NCBI GenBank assembly: GCA_964636285.1
Contig: CAZWQF010000003.1
Coordinates: forward strand, 5,226-69,225
Length of the DNA: 64,000 bases
Direction: 5' to 3'
Source of the DNA: an uncultured Candidatus Saccharibacteria bacterium
GTDB taxonomy: Bacteria; Patescibacteriota; WWE3; UBA101185; 2-01-FULL-41-18
The notes below the pieces were generated by a model. The model ran no database searches, was not told the DNA's origin, and saw only the letters and a program-made list of their open reading frames with translations. Of this stretch, positions 1-9,869 are shown one piece after another (positions within the stretch are counted from its first letter, which is position 1; the number at the start of each line of letters is the position of its first letter). The position numbers were made by a program, and so were the translations under genes.

Positions 1-165
1 ATGGATGACGGGCGACACACTAAAGTGGAGTTCAAAGAAACAAATGGAGGGACTGAGGTATTAGTGGAGTTCGATCCCGAAAACCAAAGCTCAACAGAAC
101 TTCAAAGAAAAGGCTGGCAAGCTATTAACGATAACTTCAAAAAATATGTAGAGCAAAATCTATAG
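1..165 (+). CDS. SRPBCC/AHSA1-like (START-fold) protein, 3' part, truncated by the window edge
   Basis: Frame 1 reads MDDGRHTKVEFKETNGGTEVLVEFDPENQSSTELQRKGWQAINDNFKKYVEQNL*. The QxxGWQAIxxNFKKYVE tail is typical of SRPBCC proteins. Confidence 0.75.
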   Translation: MDDGRHTKVEFKETNGGTEVLVEFDPENQSSTELQRKGWQAINDNFKKYVEQNL

Positions 166-220
166 CAATCGCAACCTTTAAATCCTTGCATTTTTTATTA
201 AAGTGGATAAATATTTAGGT

Positions 221-646
221 ATGCAAGAAAATAATCTTCAGCAAAATCAACCTACACAAGCAATTTTGGTACCAACAAGTATGACCAAAAGAGTTGTCCA
301 TGCAATTCTAGACTATATTTGTTATATTATTTTTTCGTTTGTATTTGGCTTTATGTTTGGGATTATAGGTTTGGCAAAGGTAATTGAGGATGCAAATGGA
401 ATTGTACTTGGCCTCATTCTTATGTTTGCTTACTTTATTCTTTTTGAAACAGTATGGGGAAAATCACCCGCAAAATTTATCACAAGAACAAAGGTAGTTA
501 ATGAAGACGGATCAAAACCAACCGCGTCAACAATTGCGCTTAGAACACTCTGTAGATTAATACCATTCGATTTTGTTTCGTTCTTTTCAAGCAACCCTAG
601 AGGCTGGCATGATAAGCTTTCAAAAACAATAGTAATAAATGACTAG
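221..646 (+). CDS. RDD family membrane protein
   Basis: R..A.ILD motif, TM helices, GKSPAK, and GWHDKLSKTIV. Start could be 203 (GTG) or 221 (ATG). Confidence 0.85.
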   Translation: MQENNLQQNQPTQAILVPTSMTKRVVHAILDYICYIIFSFVFGFMFGIIGLAKVIEDANGIVLGLILMFAYFILFETVWGKSPAKFITRTKVVNEDGSKPTASTIALRTLCRLIPFDFVSFFSSNPRGWHDKLSKTIVIND

Positions 647-722
647 CAGTCTATATATTTTTCAGTAAATACTCCGCTATCCCTATTAACATATCTCTTA
701 GTACAAAATTACAAGGAGATAA

Positions 723-1295
723 ATGAATAAGAAAAATTTACTTGTTATCACAGCAGTATCTGTTGCACTTATTGGTAGTGCAGGAATGTTTTTTGCAAAC
801 AGTGTTTTTGCAGAATCACAAAATCAAAAATACCCAACAGTGATTCAGAAACTTGTTGAAAAGTTCAATTTAAACACTTCAGAGGTAGATAAAGTAATCG
901 CAGAAGTTAAGACTCAGAGGCACGCTGAAAGAAAAGCGGAGCAGGATCTAAGGCATAAAGAAATGGAAGGAAAATTGACTCAGGCAGTGAAAGAGGGAAA
1001 ACTGACTGAGGTTCAAAAGAGCAAAATACTTTCAAAATTATCTGAAATGCAAGCAGAAGCTGAAAAAAACAGAGAAGAATGGCAACCGGAAGGCTCTGCT
1101 AATCTAACTAATGATCAGAGAAAGGCAAAAATGGAAGAGAAAAGGAACCAAATGGAGAAAAGAAAAGCAGATTTTGAGTCATGGGAAAAGGAACTTGGAG
1201 TTGATGTCAACTCAATTCTTGGAAACGAATGGGGATTTGGCTTTGGGGGTAAAGGTGGTAAAGGATTTGGCCAAGGATACAGCTCTAAACACTAA
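723..1295 (+). CDS. Secreted helical hypothetical protein (CPR-type)
   Basis: Signal peptide ending VFA, charged coiled-coil, AVKEGKLTE motif, Gly-rich tail; AAGGAG SD upstream. Confidence 0.7.
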   Translation: MNKKNLLVITAVSVALIGSAGMFFANSVFAESQNQKYPTVIQKLVEKFNLNTSEVDKVIAEVKTQRHAERKAEQDLRHKEMEGKLTQAVKEGKLTEVQKSKILSKLSEMQAEAEKNREEWQPEGSANLTNDQRKAKMEEKRNQMEKRKADFESWEKELGVDVNSILGNEWGFGFGGKGGKGFGQGYSSKH

Positions 1296-1318
1296 TTAGC
1301 AGCTTAATTAAAAAAACC

Positions 1319-1345
1319 TGGTAGCCTAGGTAAACTAGGCTACCA
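1319..1345 (+). terminator. Stem-loop, probable terminator
   Basis: Perfect inverted repeat TGGTAGCCTAG / CTAGGCTACCA after the stop at 1295. Confidence 0.6.
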
Positions 1346-1374
1346 CTGACACCAATTTCATGTATGATTAACAA

Positions 1375-2322
1375 ATGCTTACCACAATTGCGCTAACACT
1401 CTTAGCCTTCACTCTACTGTGGGTTGGTGCTGGACTAGCAATTAAAGGTATTACCAATATTTCTCACAGTTTTAAGCTCTCCTCATTTACGGTTTCTTTC
1501 TTTATTTTAGGGATTTTTACTTCTATGACCGAGATTCTGGTTGGTGTCTCCGCATTACTTGAAAACAAACCTGAAATTTATGTAGGTAATCTACTCGGTA
1601 GCTCTGCAGTTGTGTTTTTAGTAGTTCTTCCGTTTCTAGCCATTGCTGGAAATGGAGTTAAAATTTCAAGAAATCTTTCAGTAACTGATATATCAAAAAT
1701 TATTCTAGTTGCTTTTATACCTGCCCTTCTTACGTTTGATAATACTTTTAGTGTTTTAGATGCAATTATTGCTGTGCTCTCCTACTTTGCAGGGGCATTC
1801 ATTATCAGTACAAAAAGTAATCTTTTTGAGAAAATTTCTCATAAAGATGTTTCGCTCAAGACCCTTGTATTCAACCTGATTACAATTCTCACAGCACTTG
1901 CTCTTGTCTTTTTAGGAAGTCATCTTTTAGTAGATCAAATTCCTAACATAGGAAAATTATTTAAACTTTCTCCTTTTGTAATTAGCATTCTTATTGTCTC
2001 TTTAGGCACAAATGTACCGGAACTTTCAATTGCAGTAAGGTCAATATTCAACAAGCATAAAGAAATTGCAATTGGAACATACTTAGGTTCTGCGTTAGTA
2101 AATACATTAGAAATTGGAGTCTTGACGTTAATTAATGGAAATGGCGTTCTTGCTGAAGGATCTAACTTCTCTATAGCAATTTTTGGAATAGGTTTATTGT
2201 TATTTTTAATTTTCATAAAATCAAAACACGAGTTATCTAGAAAAGAAGGAATCTTGTTAGTTATTATTTATCTTTTATTTGCTTTTTTGGAATTAAACAC
2301 GGGTCCAGGATGGGTAATTTAG
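1375..2322 (+). CDS. Calcium/sodium antiporter (CaCA family)
   Basis: About 10 TM segments with two alpha repeats (GIFTSMTE...GNLLGS and SLGTNVPE...GTYLGS). Confidence 0.9.
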   Translation: MLTTIALTLLAFTLLWVGAGLAIKGITNISHSFKLSSFTVSFFILGIFTSMTEILVGVSALLENKPEIYVGNLLGSSAVVFLVVLPFLAIAGNGVKISRNLSVTDISKIILVAFIPALLTFDNTFSVLDAIIAVLSYFAGAFIISTKSNLFEKISHKDVSLKTLVFNLITILTALALVFLGSHLLVDQIPNIGKLFKLSPFVISILIVSLGTNVPELSIAVRSIFNKHKEIAIGTYLGSALVNTLEIGVLTLINGNGVLAEGSNFSIAIFGIGLLLFLIFIKSKHELSRKEGILLVIIYLLFAFLELNTGPGWVI

Positions 2323-2323
2323 T

Positions 2324-3487
2324 ATGACACTTTCAAACGATCAAGAATTAGCATTAAATACTTTGCTTCATTGGTATTCCCAAAAAGACAAAAAACAGTT
2401 TATTACATTAGGAGGATTTGCCGGTACGGGAAAATCAACTTTAATCAGTATTTTTAAAAATGAAATTTCAAAAATTGATAGATTAACAAAAGTGGCATTC
2501 TGCAGTTACACGGGAAGAGCTGCACAAAACTTAAAAAATAAATTAAAAGACAACAGCTCACTATCTTCAAAAGATACAATTAGCACCATCCACGGGCTTA
2601 TCTATAAACCTATTGAAGATAAAAATCAGGAGATTGTGGGTTGGGATAGAAAAGAAGAATTAGACCACAGCTTGATTATTGTTGATGAGGCATCAATGGT
2701 AGACGCAGAAATATGGAAAGACCTTCTTTGGTATAACAAGCCTATAATCGCGGTTGGAGATCATGGGCAGCTTCCACCAATTAGAGGGAGCTTTAATTTG
2801 ATGGAAAATCCTGAAATAAAGCTAACCCACATCCATAGACAGGCTGAAGATAACCCGATTATCAAAGTTTCAGAACTTGCCAGAAATATTGGAGAAATTC
2901 CCGTGGGGAATTATGGGAAAAAAGTTGTTAAATATTCGCTATCTGATTCTTTTGCACAAGAAACTAATAGAGAACTTCTAGAAAACTACAACGCAGAGAC
3001 TTTAATTTTGTGTGGATACAATTCTACGCGAATAAAAATTAATAAATTTATCAGAGGGAGACTTGGATTTGAAGATGAACTTCCTGCAAGAGGGGACAGG
3101 GTTATTTGTCTGAGAAATAATCACAGGAAAGGAGTTTACAACGGAATGCTTGGAACAATTTTATATATTTCCCTTAAAGAGAAAGACTGGTATAGCGTAG
3201 AAATTGAGATGGATGATAACGAAAGGGGATACAGCGGTCTTGTTTACGCCCCTCAATTTGGTGCCCAGACTGCAATAAACTTTACAGAAAATAGAAAAAA
3301 CGCCGGAAAAGGGGATTTGTTTGATTTTGGTTATGCCTTAACGGTTCATAAAGCACAAGGAAGCCAAGCAAAAAGGGTAGTTATGTTTGAAGAAAGATTT
3401 AAACAGGTTGATAACGAAATGTGGAAACGATGGCTATACACTGGAGTTACTAGAGCCCAGGAAGAACTCTATCTATTTGGTCAGTGA
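2324..3487 (+). CDS. RecD/Dda-like SF1B DNA helicase
   Basis: GFAGTGKS Walker A, VDEASM, GDHGQLPP, YALTVHKAQGSQ, LYTGVTRA. Confidence 0.9.
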   Translation: MTLSNDQELALNTLLHWYSQKDKKQFITLGGFAGTGKSTLISIFKNEISKIDRLTKVAFCSYTGRAAQNLKNKLKDNSSLSSKDTISTIHGLIYKPIEDKNQEIVGWDRKEELDHSLIIVDEASMVDAEIWKDLLWYNKPIIAVGDHGQLPPIRGSFNLMENPEIKLTHIHRQAEDNPIIKVSELARNIGEIPVGNYGKKVVKYSLSDSFAQETNRELLENYNAETLILCGYNSTRIKINKFIRGRLGFEDELPARGDRVICLRNNHRKGVYNGMLGTILYISLKEKDWYSVEIEMDDNERGYSGLVYAPQFGAQTAINFTENRKNAGKGDLFDFGYALTVHKAQGSQAKRVVMFEERFKQVDNEMWKRWLYTGVTRAQEELYLFGQ

Positions 3488-3540
3488 GTATATTTGAACA
3501 TACAGAAGGTCTTAATTATATTTTATAATTTATAGATAAT

Positions 3541-4143
3541 ATGAAAATACCAGAACTTGTACTTTTTGATTTTGGTGGGGTGCTAATTGACTACCCGCAT
3601 CAGTTTATTACCGCCTTAAAAGAGCTTGGTACGAATACAAAAAGCTTTGATAAAGGTTTTGATGATCACGTTGATGAGCTTACATTAGGAAGAATGTCAC
3701 CTCAAGAATTATATAAACTTGTTTTATTCGAACAAAACTTTCTATTTAACCCTGATTATGATTTTCTAACTGCCTGGGTTAAAGATTACTCCAGAATAGA
3801 GCCTACTTTTGAGCTAGTAGTCAAATTAAGCAATATAACAAAGGTTGGCATACTCTCAAATATATAAGCAGGAATTATCCCAAAATCTATCGAAATGGGT
3901 CTTATTCCAAACATAGCGTACAGTTATATGTTCTTGTCGTGCCAAATTGGTCTTCAAAAACCTTTCAAAGAAATATATAACCATGTTGAAAATTCAACCG
4001 GACTAAAACCAGACCAAATATTGTTTATTGATGACCAGGAAGATTATTTGCAAGGAGCTATTAATAATGGATGGAGGACGTTCTTGTTTAACAAAAACTC
4101 TCAGGAAGAAAGCTGTAAGAAATTCGAAGACCTAATAATTTAA
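3541..4143 (+). pseudogene. HAD-superfamily hydrolase interrupted by an in-frame TAA
   Basis: FDFGGVL (motif I), LSN (II), KP (III) and FIDD (IV) lie in one frame, split only by TAA at 3865-3867. Confidence 0.8.
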
Positions 4144-4295
4144 TATAGACACAATCGAGACTATTTTATATTTTCACGTAAGATCCATAGCTAATTGTAG
4201 GGTGCCTTAATCAAACATAGACCCCTATCTATGCTTTAGTAGCAGCCAAAAACTCTTTACACAGAAAATAACTGAGAGTACGCTGATATAAAGGT

Positions 4296-6500
4296 ATGAA
4301 CCAAAAAGGCTTTGCCCACATCCTTATCATACTCGTTGTTTTAGGAGCTTTTGTCTCTGCAATGTTTGCATCCTACAAGGTGTATGAATACTATGTAACC
4401 TCTGGTCAAGTTGCAGGAGCTTCTTCAAACAAGGCGCCAACACTCAAATTAGTCACATCAATACCAAGAAATTCTGCTGTAAGCACTCCTGAGATTGTAT
4501 TAAACACGAATATGGATGGAAAAGTTACATATTCAGGAGTTTGCGTAGGCAATCTCAGGGAGGTTAAAACAGGAAGAAACACTATCAGGTTTAGCGAGCT
4601 TCCAACAGGAACTTACCAAAACTGCAAAGTAAAAGTGACAACACCGTCTGGAAAAAATTCAACTGTAACAATAGCAAAGTTTATTATTATTGCAGAGGCT
4701 AAACCGCTGCCAGCCCCTACACCTACTCCAACTCTAGCAGCTGCTCCAGTCCCAAGCTCTGCAAAAATTTCCACTGCAACTGTTGAAACAATTACAGAGA
4801 TTACACTTACACCAACACCAGTACCAACGGGCACACCTACACCCACGACATCACCAACTCCAAGCCCCACTCCAACCCCAACTCCTACGCCATCACCAAC
4901 CATTGCCGCTGCCCCTTCTTATTTTTCTGGACTTAGCTCAGTCATGACCTACCCTGCAAACGCAGTCTTCTCATTTGACTCTTCGCTCTCAACAAACTCA
5001 TACCAAATTGATGTCTCAACATATGCGGATATGTCATGGGATGTTTACATGTCATTTGGTTCAGGAAACTCTAATGTAATAACAGTCACAGACCCATCAA
5101 AATGGGATAAATACACATGCGGAAAGACTTTGTACTGGAGAGTTAGAACTCTTGACGGAAAAACCAGCCAAGCAAACCCCGGTATAAAAGCCACAACTGT
5201 TCAGTGCCCTTCGCCAACGCCTACTCCAATAAACTCAATGGGATTTGCAAACTTAACTGCGGGGCTTCTACAAAACTCAGCAAACTTTTCGTTTACAAAA
5301 ACAGTCTCATCAACAATGTATTACATAGACCTTTCAACAGTTTCAGATATGTCAACTGATGTTTATCTGTCATTTGGCCAATCAACAAGTAGTCCAATTC
5401 AAGTAACAAATCCAACAAAATGGGATAAGTATACTTGCGGAAAGACTTTGTATTGGAGGGTTAGGGCCCAAAACGCACTTACTAGCGTAGTAGATCAGGG
5501 AGTCCAAAAAGCAACAGTCGCTTGTGCAACTCCCACACCCACTCCAACGCCAACAGCTACGCCTACCCCAATACCTGTTCCTCCTGCGGACACATCAACT
5601 TATACTAAAAAAGTACTCCTTGTTATATACAACCCAATAATCGAGGCACAACAAAATAAAAAACTAACTGCTGTAAAAGGTTGGAGAGACCCTGACGCAC
5701 TAACTGCAACATTTATGAATAGTATGAGATCGGTAAGTAAGGGGATGGTTAACTATACAATTGCCGAAAGAATAGAATACGATGCATTCCCAACCAAAAC
5801 TGATGGGTTTACATACACAGACTCTTCCTACCTCTCATGCGCAAGTGGAGGAAGTTGTCATAACCCAGACCTTTCAAACTACCAAAAAATGATTCAGGAC
5901 TCAGGTGCCTGTGCAAAAAGGAATGCTGGAACAATTGATGAACTTTGGATTTGGGGAGGGCCATGGTTTGGGTTTTATGAATCGAATCTAGCTGGACCAA
6001 ACGCATACTGGTACAATTCGTCACCAACAACTGGAACAACCTGTACAAAACTCCTTCCAGTAATGGGCTTTAGCTACGAAAGATCAGAGGAAGAGATGTT
6101 TGAAGACTTTGGTCATAGGTTTGAATCGGCAATGGTAAGAGTATATGGAACTTGGCTTGTGAACGAGTACACACCTTGGAACAAATTCTCACTACTTAAC
6201 AAAGACATGCCAGGGAAAGGTGGGTGCGGAAATTCCCATTCAGGAGTTAATGGGAATGGTGGCTATGACAGAACCAACACAAGCACCGTAACATCCTCAT
6301 GCGAAGACTTTGCTCAAAACTTTCCTTACCTTAGAGGTACTACATCGCAGATCAGTTGCTCTGCTTGGGGCTGCAATACTCTGAACTACTTTAAGTGGTA
6401 CTTTGGCCATATTCCAAACAAATCGGGCACTAACGGCACAAAGCTGAACAACTGGTGGAGATACATTATTAACCCAGACGAACCGAACACCTACAGATAA
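4296..6500 (+). CDS. Large exported/surface protein: prepilin-like leader, Pro/Thr linkers, duplicated beta domain, conserved Cys/Trp-rich C-terminal domain
   Basis: MNQKG|FAHILIIL leader; (TP)n tracts; two copies of KWDKYTCGKTLYWRVR; C-terminal DELWIWGGPWFGFYES...EDFGHRFE...NNWWRYI. Confidence 0.75.
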   Translation: MNQKGFAHILIILVVLGAFVSAMFASYKVYEYYVTSGQVAGASSNKAPTLKLVTSIPRNSAVSTPEIVLNTNMDGKVTYSGVCVGNLREVKTGRNTIRFSELPTGTYQNCKVKVTTPSGKNSTVTIAKFIIIAEAKPLPAPTPTPTLAAAPVPSSAKISTATVETITEITLTPTPVPTGTPTPTTSPTPSPTPTPTPTPSPTIAAAPSYFSGLSSVMTYPANAVFSFDSSLSTNSYQIDVSTYADMSWDVYMSFGSGNSNVITVTDPSKWDKYTCGKTLYWRVRTLDGKTSQANPGIKATTVQCPSPTPTPINSMGFANLTAGLLQNSANFSFTKTVSSTMYYIDLSTVSDMSTDVYLSFGQSTSSPIQVTNPTKWDKYTCGKTLYWRVRAQNALTSVVDQGVQKATVACATPTPTPTPTATPTPIPVPPADTSTYTKKVLLVIYNPIIEAQQNKKLTAVKGWRDPDALTATFMNSMRSVSKGMVNYTIAERIEYDAFPTKTDGFTYTDSSYLSCASGGSCHNPDLSNYQKMIQDSGACAKRNAGTIDELWIWGGPWFGFYESNLAGPNAYWYNSSPTTGTTCTKLLPVMGFSYERSEEEMFEDFGHRFESAMVRVYGTWLVNEYTPWNKFSLLNKDMPGKGGCGNSHSGVNGNGGYDRTNTSTVTSSCEDFAQNFPYLRGTTSQISCSAWGCNTLNYFKWYFGHIPNKSGTNGTKLNNWWRYIINPDEPNTYR
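4920..5529 (+). repeat. Intragenic tandem duplication of a ~100-codon domain
   Basis: AATGGGATAAATACACATGCGGAAAGACTTTGTACTGGAG (~5101) matches AATGGGATAAGTATACTTGCGGAAAGACTTTGTATTGGAG (~5419). Confidence 0.85.
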
Positions 6501-6519
6501 TAAGTGCTACAATTTCCTA

Positions 6520-7509
6520 ATGAACAATTCCGCATCAGAAATTCTTGAACAGCTACAAAGCGCTAAGAATGTTTTAATTAACATGGATACCAGAACCGAT
6601 TTTGATGCGCTTGGGTGTTCGGTAGTATTTTCAAAATTCTTGGATACACGTGGAATTCAAAATAAAGTTATACATGCAAACAAAATTAAACCAACTTTTG
6701 AAGGTATATTTTCATATTCGAATATAAAACAGGAAACTGACATCTCCACAGAAGATCTCACAAAATATGATTATGTAATTTTCCTTGATTCGGGAAGCAA
6801 AAGCCACATCTCAGTAAAGGAAGGTTATGAACTTCCGATAAATGTAAAAACCATTAATTTTGACCACCACTCAACAAACGAATCGTTTGGGACATATAAT
6901 TATGTATTTAAATTAGGTTCGTGCAGTTCGGTTTTATATAAGTTTTTTAATGAGATAAAATTTGAGACTCCAAATGAATATTTTGAAATTCTATCAATGG
7001 GACTTCTGACCGACACCGGTTTTTTTAAGTATGACTCCTGTACGTCATTTGAATTCAGGTTTGCTGCTGACATGATAGATAGGGGAGTAAGTATTGCGGA
7101 AAGAATCTCTAAATTATCAAGCTATGAGCATATAGACCAGATAAAGTACAAGGAGCTTGTCTATAGAAATCTATCTGTAAATAAGGAGAAAAAGTATGCT
7201 TACTCACTGGTTACTTTGAGTGAGATTAAGTCGGCTGGAATAGATATGGATAAAGTATTTGTGAGGCATTCAGATTTAATCAAATACATTATTGAAACTG
7301 ACTTTTCCTTTGTTATTTCTGAAACGGATAGTAACCCAAAATATTTTGAAGTAAGTTTTAGATCTAAGACTCCCGATATTGATGTCAAAAAATATGCTCA
7401 AGCGTTAGGTGGAGGAGGGCATATCACAGGAGCAGGTGCAAAGCTTTATGATGCTACAAGCATTAATGATGCGCTGTTGAAAGTCTTATCAATAATTGAA
7501 TCTAATTAA
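6520..7509 (+). CDS. nrnA: DHH/DHHA1 phosphoesterase (NrnA-like oligoribonuclease/pAp phosphatase)
   Basis: DFDALG, FDHH, TDTGFF, SFRS and GGGGH motifs. Confidence 0.85.
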   Translation: MNNSASEILEQLQSAKNVLINMDTRTDFDALGCSVVFSKFLDTRGIQNKVIHANKIKPTFEGIFSYSNIKQETDISTEDLTKYDYVIFLDSGSKSHISVKEGYELPINVKTINFDHHSTNESFGTYNYVFKLGSCSSVLYKFFNEIKFETPNEYFEILSMGLLTDTGFFKYDSCTSFEFRFAADMIDRGVSIAERISKLSSYEHIDQIKYKELVYRNLSVNKEKKYAYSLVTLSEIKSAGIDMDKVFVRHSDLIKYIIETDFSFVISETDSNPKYFEVSFRSKTPDIDVKKYAQALGGGGHITGAGAKLYDATSINDALLKVLSIIESN

Positions 7510-7555
7510 GACCCAATGGCTTTTTTAGAGTTTAATAATTTGTATGATGTGCATA

Positions 7556-8011
7556 ATGGATTTCCAAAATATTTTGGACACATTTAATTTAGGGCTCAAA
7601 GTTAAGGAATTCTCACAATCCACAAAATCAGCTCAAGATGTTGCAAATACCCTAGGGTGCAGCTTGCCTCAAATTGCAAAATCAATTGTTTTCAAAACAC
7701 AAGAATCGCCAGTGCTTGTAGTTACATCAGGCTCGAATAAGGTTGACACATTTAAAGTTGAGCAACATATTGGTACAAAGATAGAAAAGGCTACTCCAGA
7801 TTACGTATTCTCTGAAACGGGATTTATTGTGGGAGGTGTTGCTCCTGTAGGGCACAAAAAGCTATTTCCAATTCTTATAGATCAGGACTTAATGCAGTAC
7901 GCAGAGGTATGGGCTGCCGCTGGAAGCTCGAATGCAGTGTTCAAACTTACTCCAAGTCAGCTGGTTTTGATAACTAAAGGAGTAGTGGCAGACGTAAAAC
8001 TATCTAGCTAA
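7556..8011 (+). CDS. YbaK/EbsC family aminoacyl-tRNA deacylase
   Basis: QIAKSIVF, GFIVGGVAPVG, WAAAGS. Start at 7556 preferred because it follows a TATGAT box. Confidence 0.9.
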   Translation: MDFQNILDTFNLGLKVKEFSQSTKSAQDVANTLGCSLPQIAKSIVFKTQESPVLVVTSGSNKVDTFKVEQHIGTKIEKATPDYVFSETGFIVGGVAPVGHKKLFPILIDQDLMQYAEVWAAAGSSNAVFKLTPSQLVLITKGVVADVKLSS

Positions 8012-8560
8012 TTTAGCTGCAGTTTTTTCTAGCAAAACAAGATACCCATCAATGAGCAGTATTAGCTTTTTCTGTTTGTGATATTTTCTAAACTCTTCAA
8101 GTCGTGACCTCTCAACTTCAAACTTTCTTATTGGACTAGCGCTAAATTTATACAAAAAGCTAGGTCCAAACTCTTTTACTTGATCCACAGTCTGAAACAT
8201 ATTGTGCAAAATGTCAGCTAGTTTAACTAAAACCGCCTCCTTACTTAGTGTTTTTATTTTTCCAAATGATTCAGCTTTTCTCTTTTCCCAGCTTTTTGAT
8301 TTGTCTGACTCAGAGCACTCAAAAACAATTTTTGCTACCCTAACGCCAAATTTCTTTTTAAGTTCGTCTACAGTAGTGTTGGTATCCTCAAGAACATCAT
8401 GAAGTACACCAGCAGCTAAAATTTCATTATCAGATGTGAATTCGGAGAGAATTAGGGCAACCGAAAGAGGGTGGGAAATAAAAGGTGTGACGTTATCTTT
8501 TCTAAGCTGTTTTGCATGCCTAGAAGTAGCAAACTGAATGGCTTGAAGTAACTTATCCAT
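8000..8560 (-). CDS. Stand-alone HD hydrolase, Mesh1/small alarmone hydrolase-like
   Basis: HAKQLRK, PFISHP, LHDVLEDT, KLADILHN. Confidence 0.85.
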   Translation of the reverse strand: MDKLLQAIQFATSRHAKQLRKDNVTPFISHPLSVALILSEFTSDNEILAAGVLHDVLEDTNTTVDELKKKFGVRVAKIVFECSESDKSKSWEKRKAESFGKIKTLSKEAVLVKLADILHNMFQTVDQVKEFGPSFLYKFSASPIRKFEVERSRLEEFRKYHKQKKLILLIDGYLVLLEKTAAKLAR

Positions 8561-8621
8561 TCGAGTTAGTATATACCCCTATTCAAATTCAATACAATTG
8601 GTAAAATACCCGTATTAAAAT

Positions 8622-8930
8622 ATGTCAAAAAAAGAGAAGAAAAATGTAAAAACTCAAGAATCTACTGCTACTGAGGCAAATAAAGAAGCGCAGATTAGCC
8701 AAGTAAATGTCAGAAAATCTAATGGAACCAGCCAGTTCAAATCAAATCTCAGAGCAGGTACGGTTATGTTAATTTCTATGATTTTGATGCTTGCAATGTG
8801 CTTTATAGCTTATAAAGTATTTTTTGGCTCAAGTGAATTGTACAACTCCGCGAATAACATTAATGTAGACGGATTAAATAACCTTTCTGTACCAGATTCA
8901 AAAATCTTAAATGAGAGTCCCGGCCTGTGA
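8622..8930 (+). CDS. Single-pass membrane hypothetical protein
   Basis: Basic N-terminus and one TM segment. Confidence 0.6.
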   Translation: MSKKEKKNVKTQESTATEANKEAQISQVNVRKSNGTSQFKSNLRAGTVMLISMILMLAMCFIAYKVFFGSSELYNSANNINVDGLNNLSVPDSKILNESPGL

Positions 8931-8982
8931 GTGCTTACATAAAGCAAGTTGCAAGCACACACAAGCCAAAAGACCCATTCGT

Positions 8983-9333
8983 TTACAGTCTGGCTGGCAT
9001 CAGAACTCTGTGACCCTTGTAAAAAACGGATCCCTCAGCAATTCTGAGATTTAGATCCTCATCGCCTGGCACTCTGTAATTCCCATCCGTCATACCGCAA
9101 CTGTCAATAAAGTCAGCTACGCCAGACGAGAGCTCAGAGTACTTAACAAATCCAGATCCGCCAACACCTTCAGGTAGGACAACTAAGTTCCCACCTAAAG
9201 TAACACTTCCCCCTTGAATCTTTAAAACCCCCAGCATCGTATCCACTGTAAACGCTCCCAAAGTACCAACAAACGCTAGCACAGTGGACTGACACCTGGG
9301 TTCCAGATCCTCAAACATCACATACTTGGACAT
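8983..9333 (-). CDS. Orphan protein with two copies of a ~55-aa domain
   Basis: AAGGAG SD. The two halves align with each other and with the N-terminus of 9496-9777. Confidence 0.75.
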   Translation of the reverse strand: MSKYVMFEDLEPRCQSTVLAFVGTLGAFTVDTMLGVLKIQGGSVTLGGNLVVLPEGVGGSGFVKYSELSSGVADFIDSCGMTDGNYRVPGDEDLNLRIAEGSVFYKGHRVLMPARL

Positions 9334-9442
9334 GGGCCTTTCTCCTTGGTGATTTGCACTATTTTATTAATACTTTGATTCAAATGCTGTTAATAATACC
9401 GTCATTTATTTGAGTGAAATCTAACAATCTGGGAGGGGACAA

Positions 9443-9474
9443 AATGCCCGCCGATCTGGATATCAACGGGCATT
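9443..9474 (-). terminator. Intrinsic terminator of 9496-9777
   Basis: AATGCCCG / CGGGCATT inverted repeat with a T-run on the minus strand. Confidence 0.7.
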
Positions 9475-9495
9475 AATGTTTTGGCGTTTTCAGAG

Positions 9496-9777
9496 TCAAA
9501 AACGGAATCCAATCCGAGAAAGAATTCCTGTGACTACGCACCTTGGTTTTGTTGGTGTCTTCACAAACATGGCATCATGAGTTACTTTCTTAGCCATGGT
9601 TGTATACGCAGAGCTAGGAATTTCAACGGGGACACCATCCAGAGTGACCTCGCCCTCTGCAAAGCACAGCGTACCTGAAAAGCACTGCACACTAAACGTG
9701 CCTTCAGTAGCTGCCAGTTCCAGGATAGTGGATTGCACTGATCCAGGAAAATCACTTAAAGGTATAGAGTAGGACAT
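9496..9777 (-). CDS. Orphan protein, paralog of 8983-9333 (one domain plus a basic tail)
   Basis: AGGAGG SD; shared QST(I/V)L...G(T/A)F(S/T)V...G.VTL.G..V.(I/L)P pattern. Confidence 0.75.
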   Translation of the reverse strand: MSYSIPLSDFPGSVQSTILELAATEGTFSVQCFSGTLCFAEGEVTLDGVPVEIPSSAYTTMAKKVTHDAMFVKTPTKPRCVVTGILSRIGFRF

Positions 9778-9869
9778 TTTTCCCTCCTAGGACGTCCCAA
9801 TCAAAATCAGATTGTATGAATTTTACAAGATAACCTATAGTTATTCTGACTGATTTTTAATTATAAATA

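Noticed and set aside
4613-4903. Minus-strand Gly/Val-repeat ORF
   Set aside because: Antisense shadow of the Pro/Thr linker.
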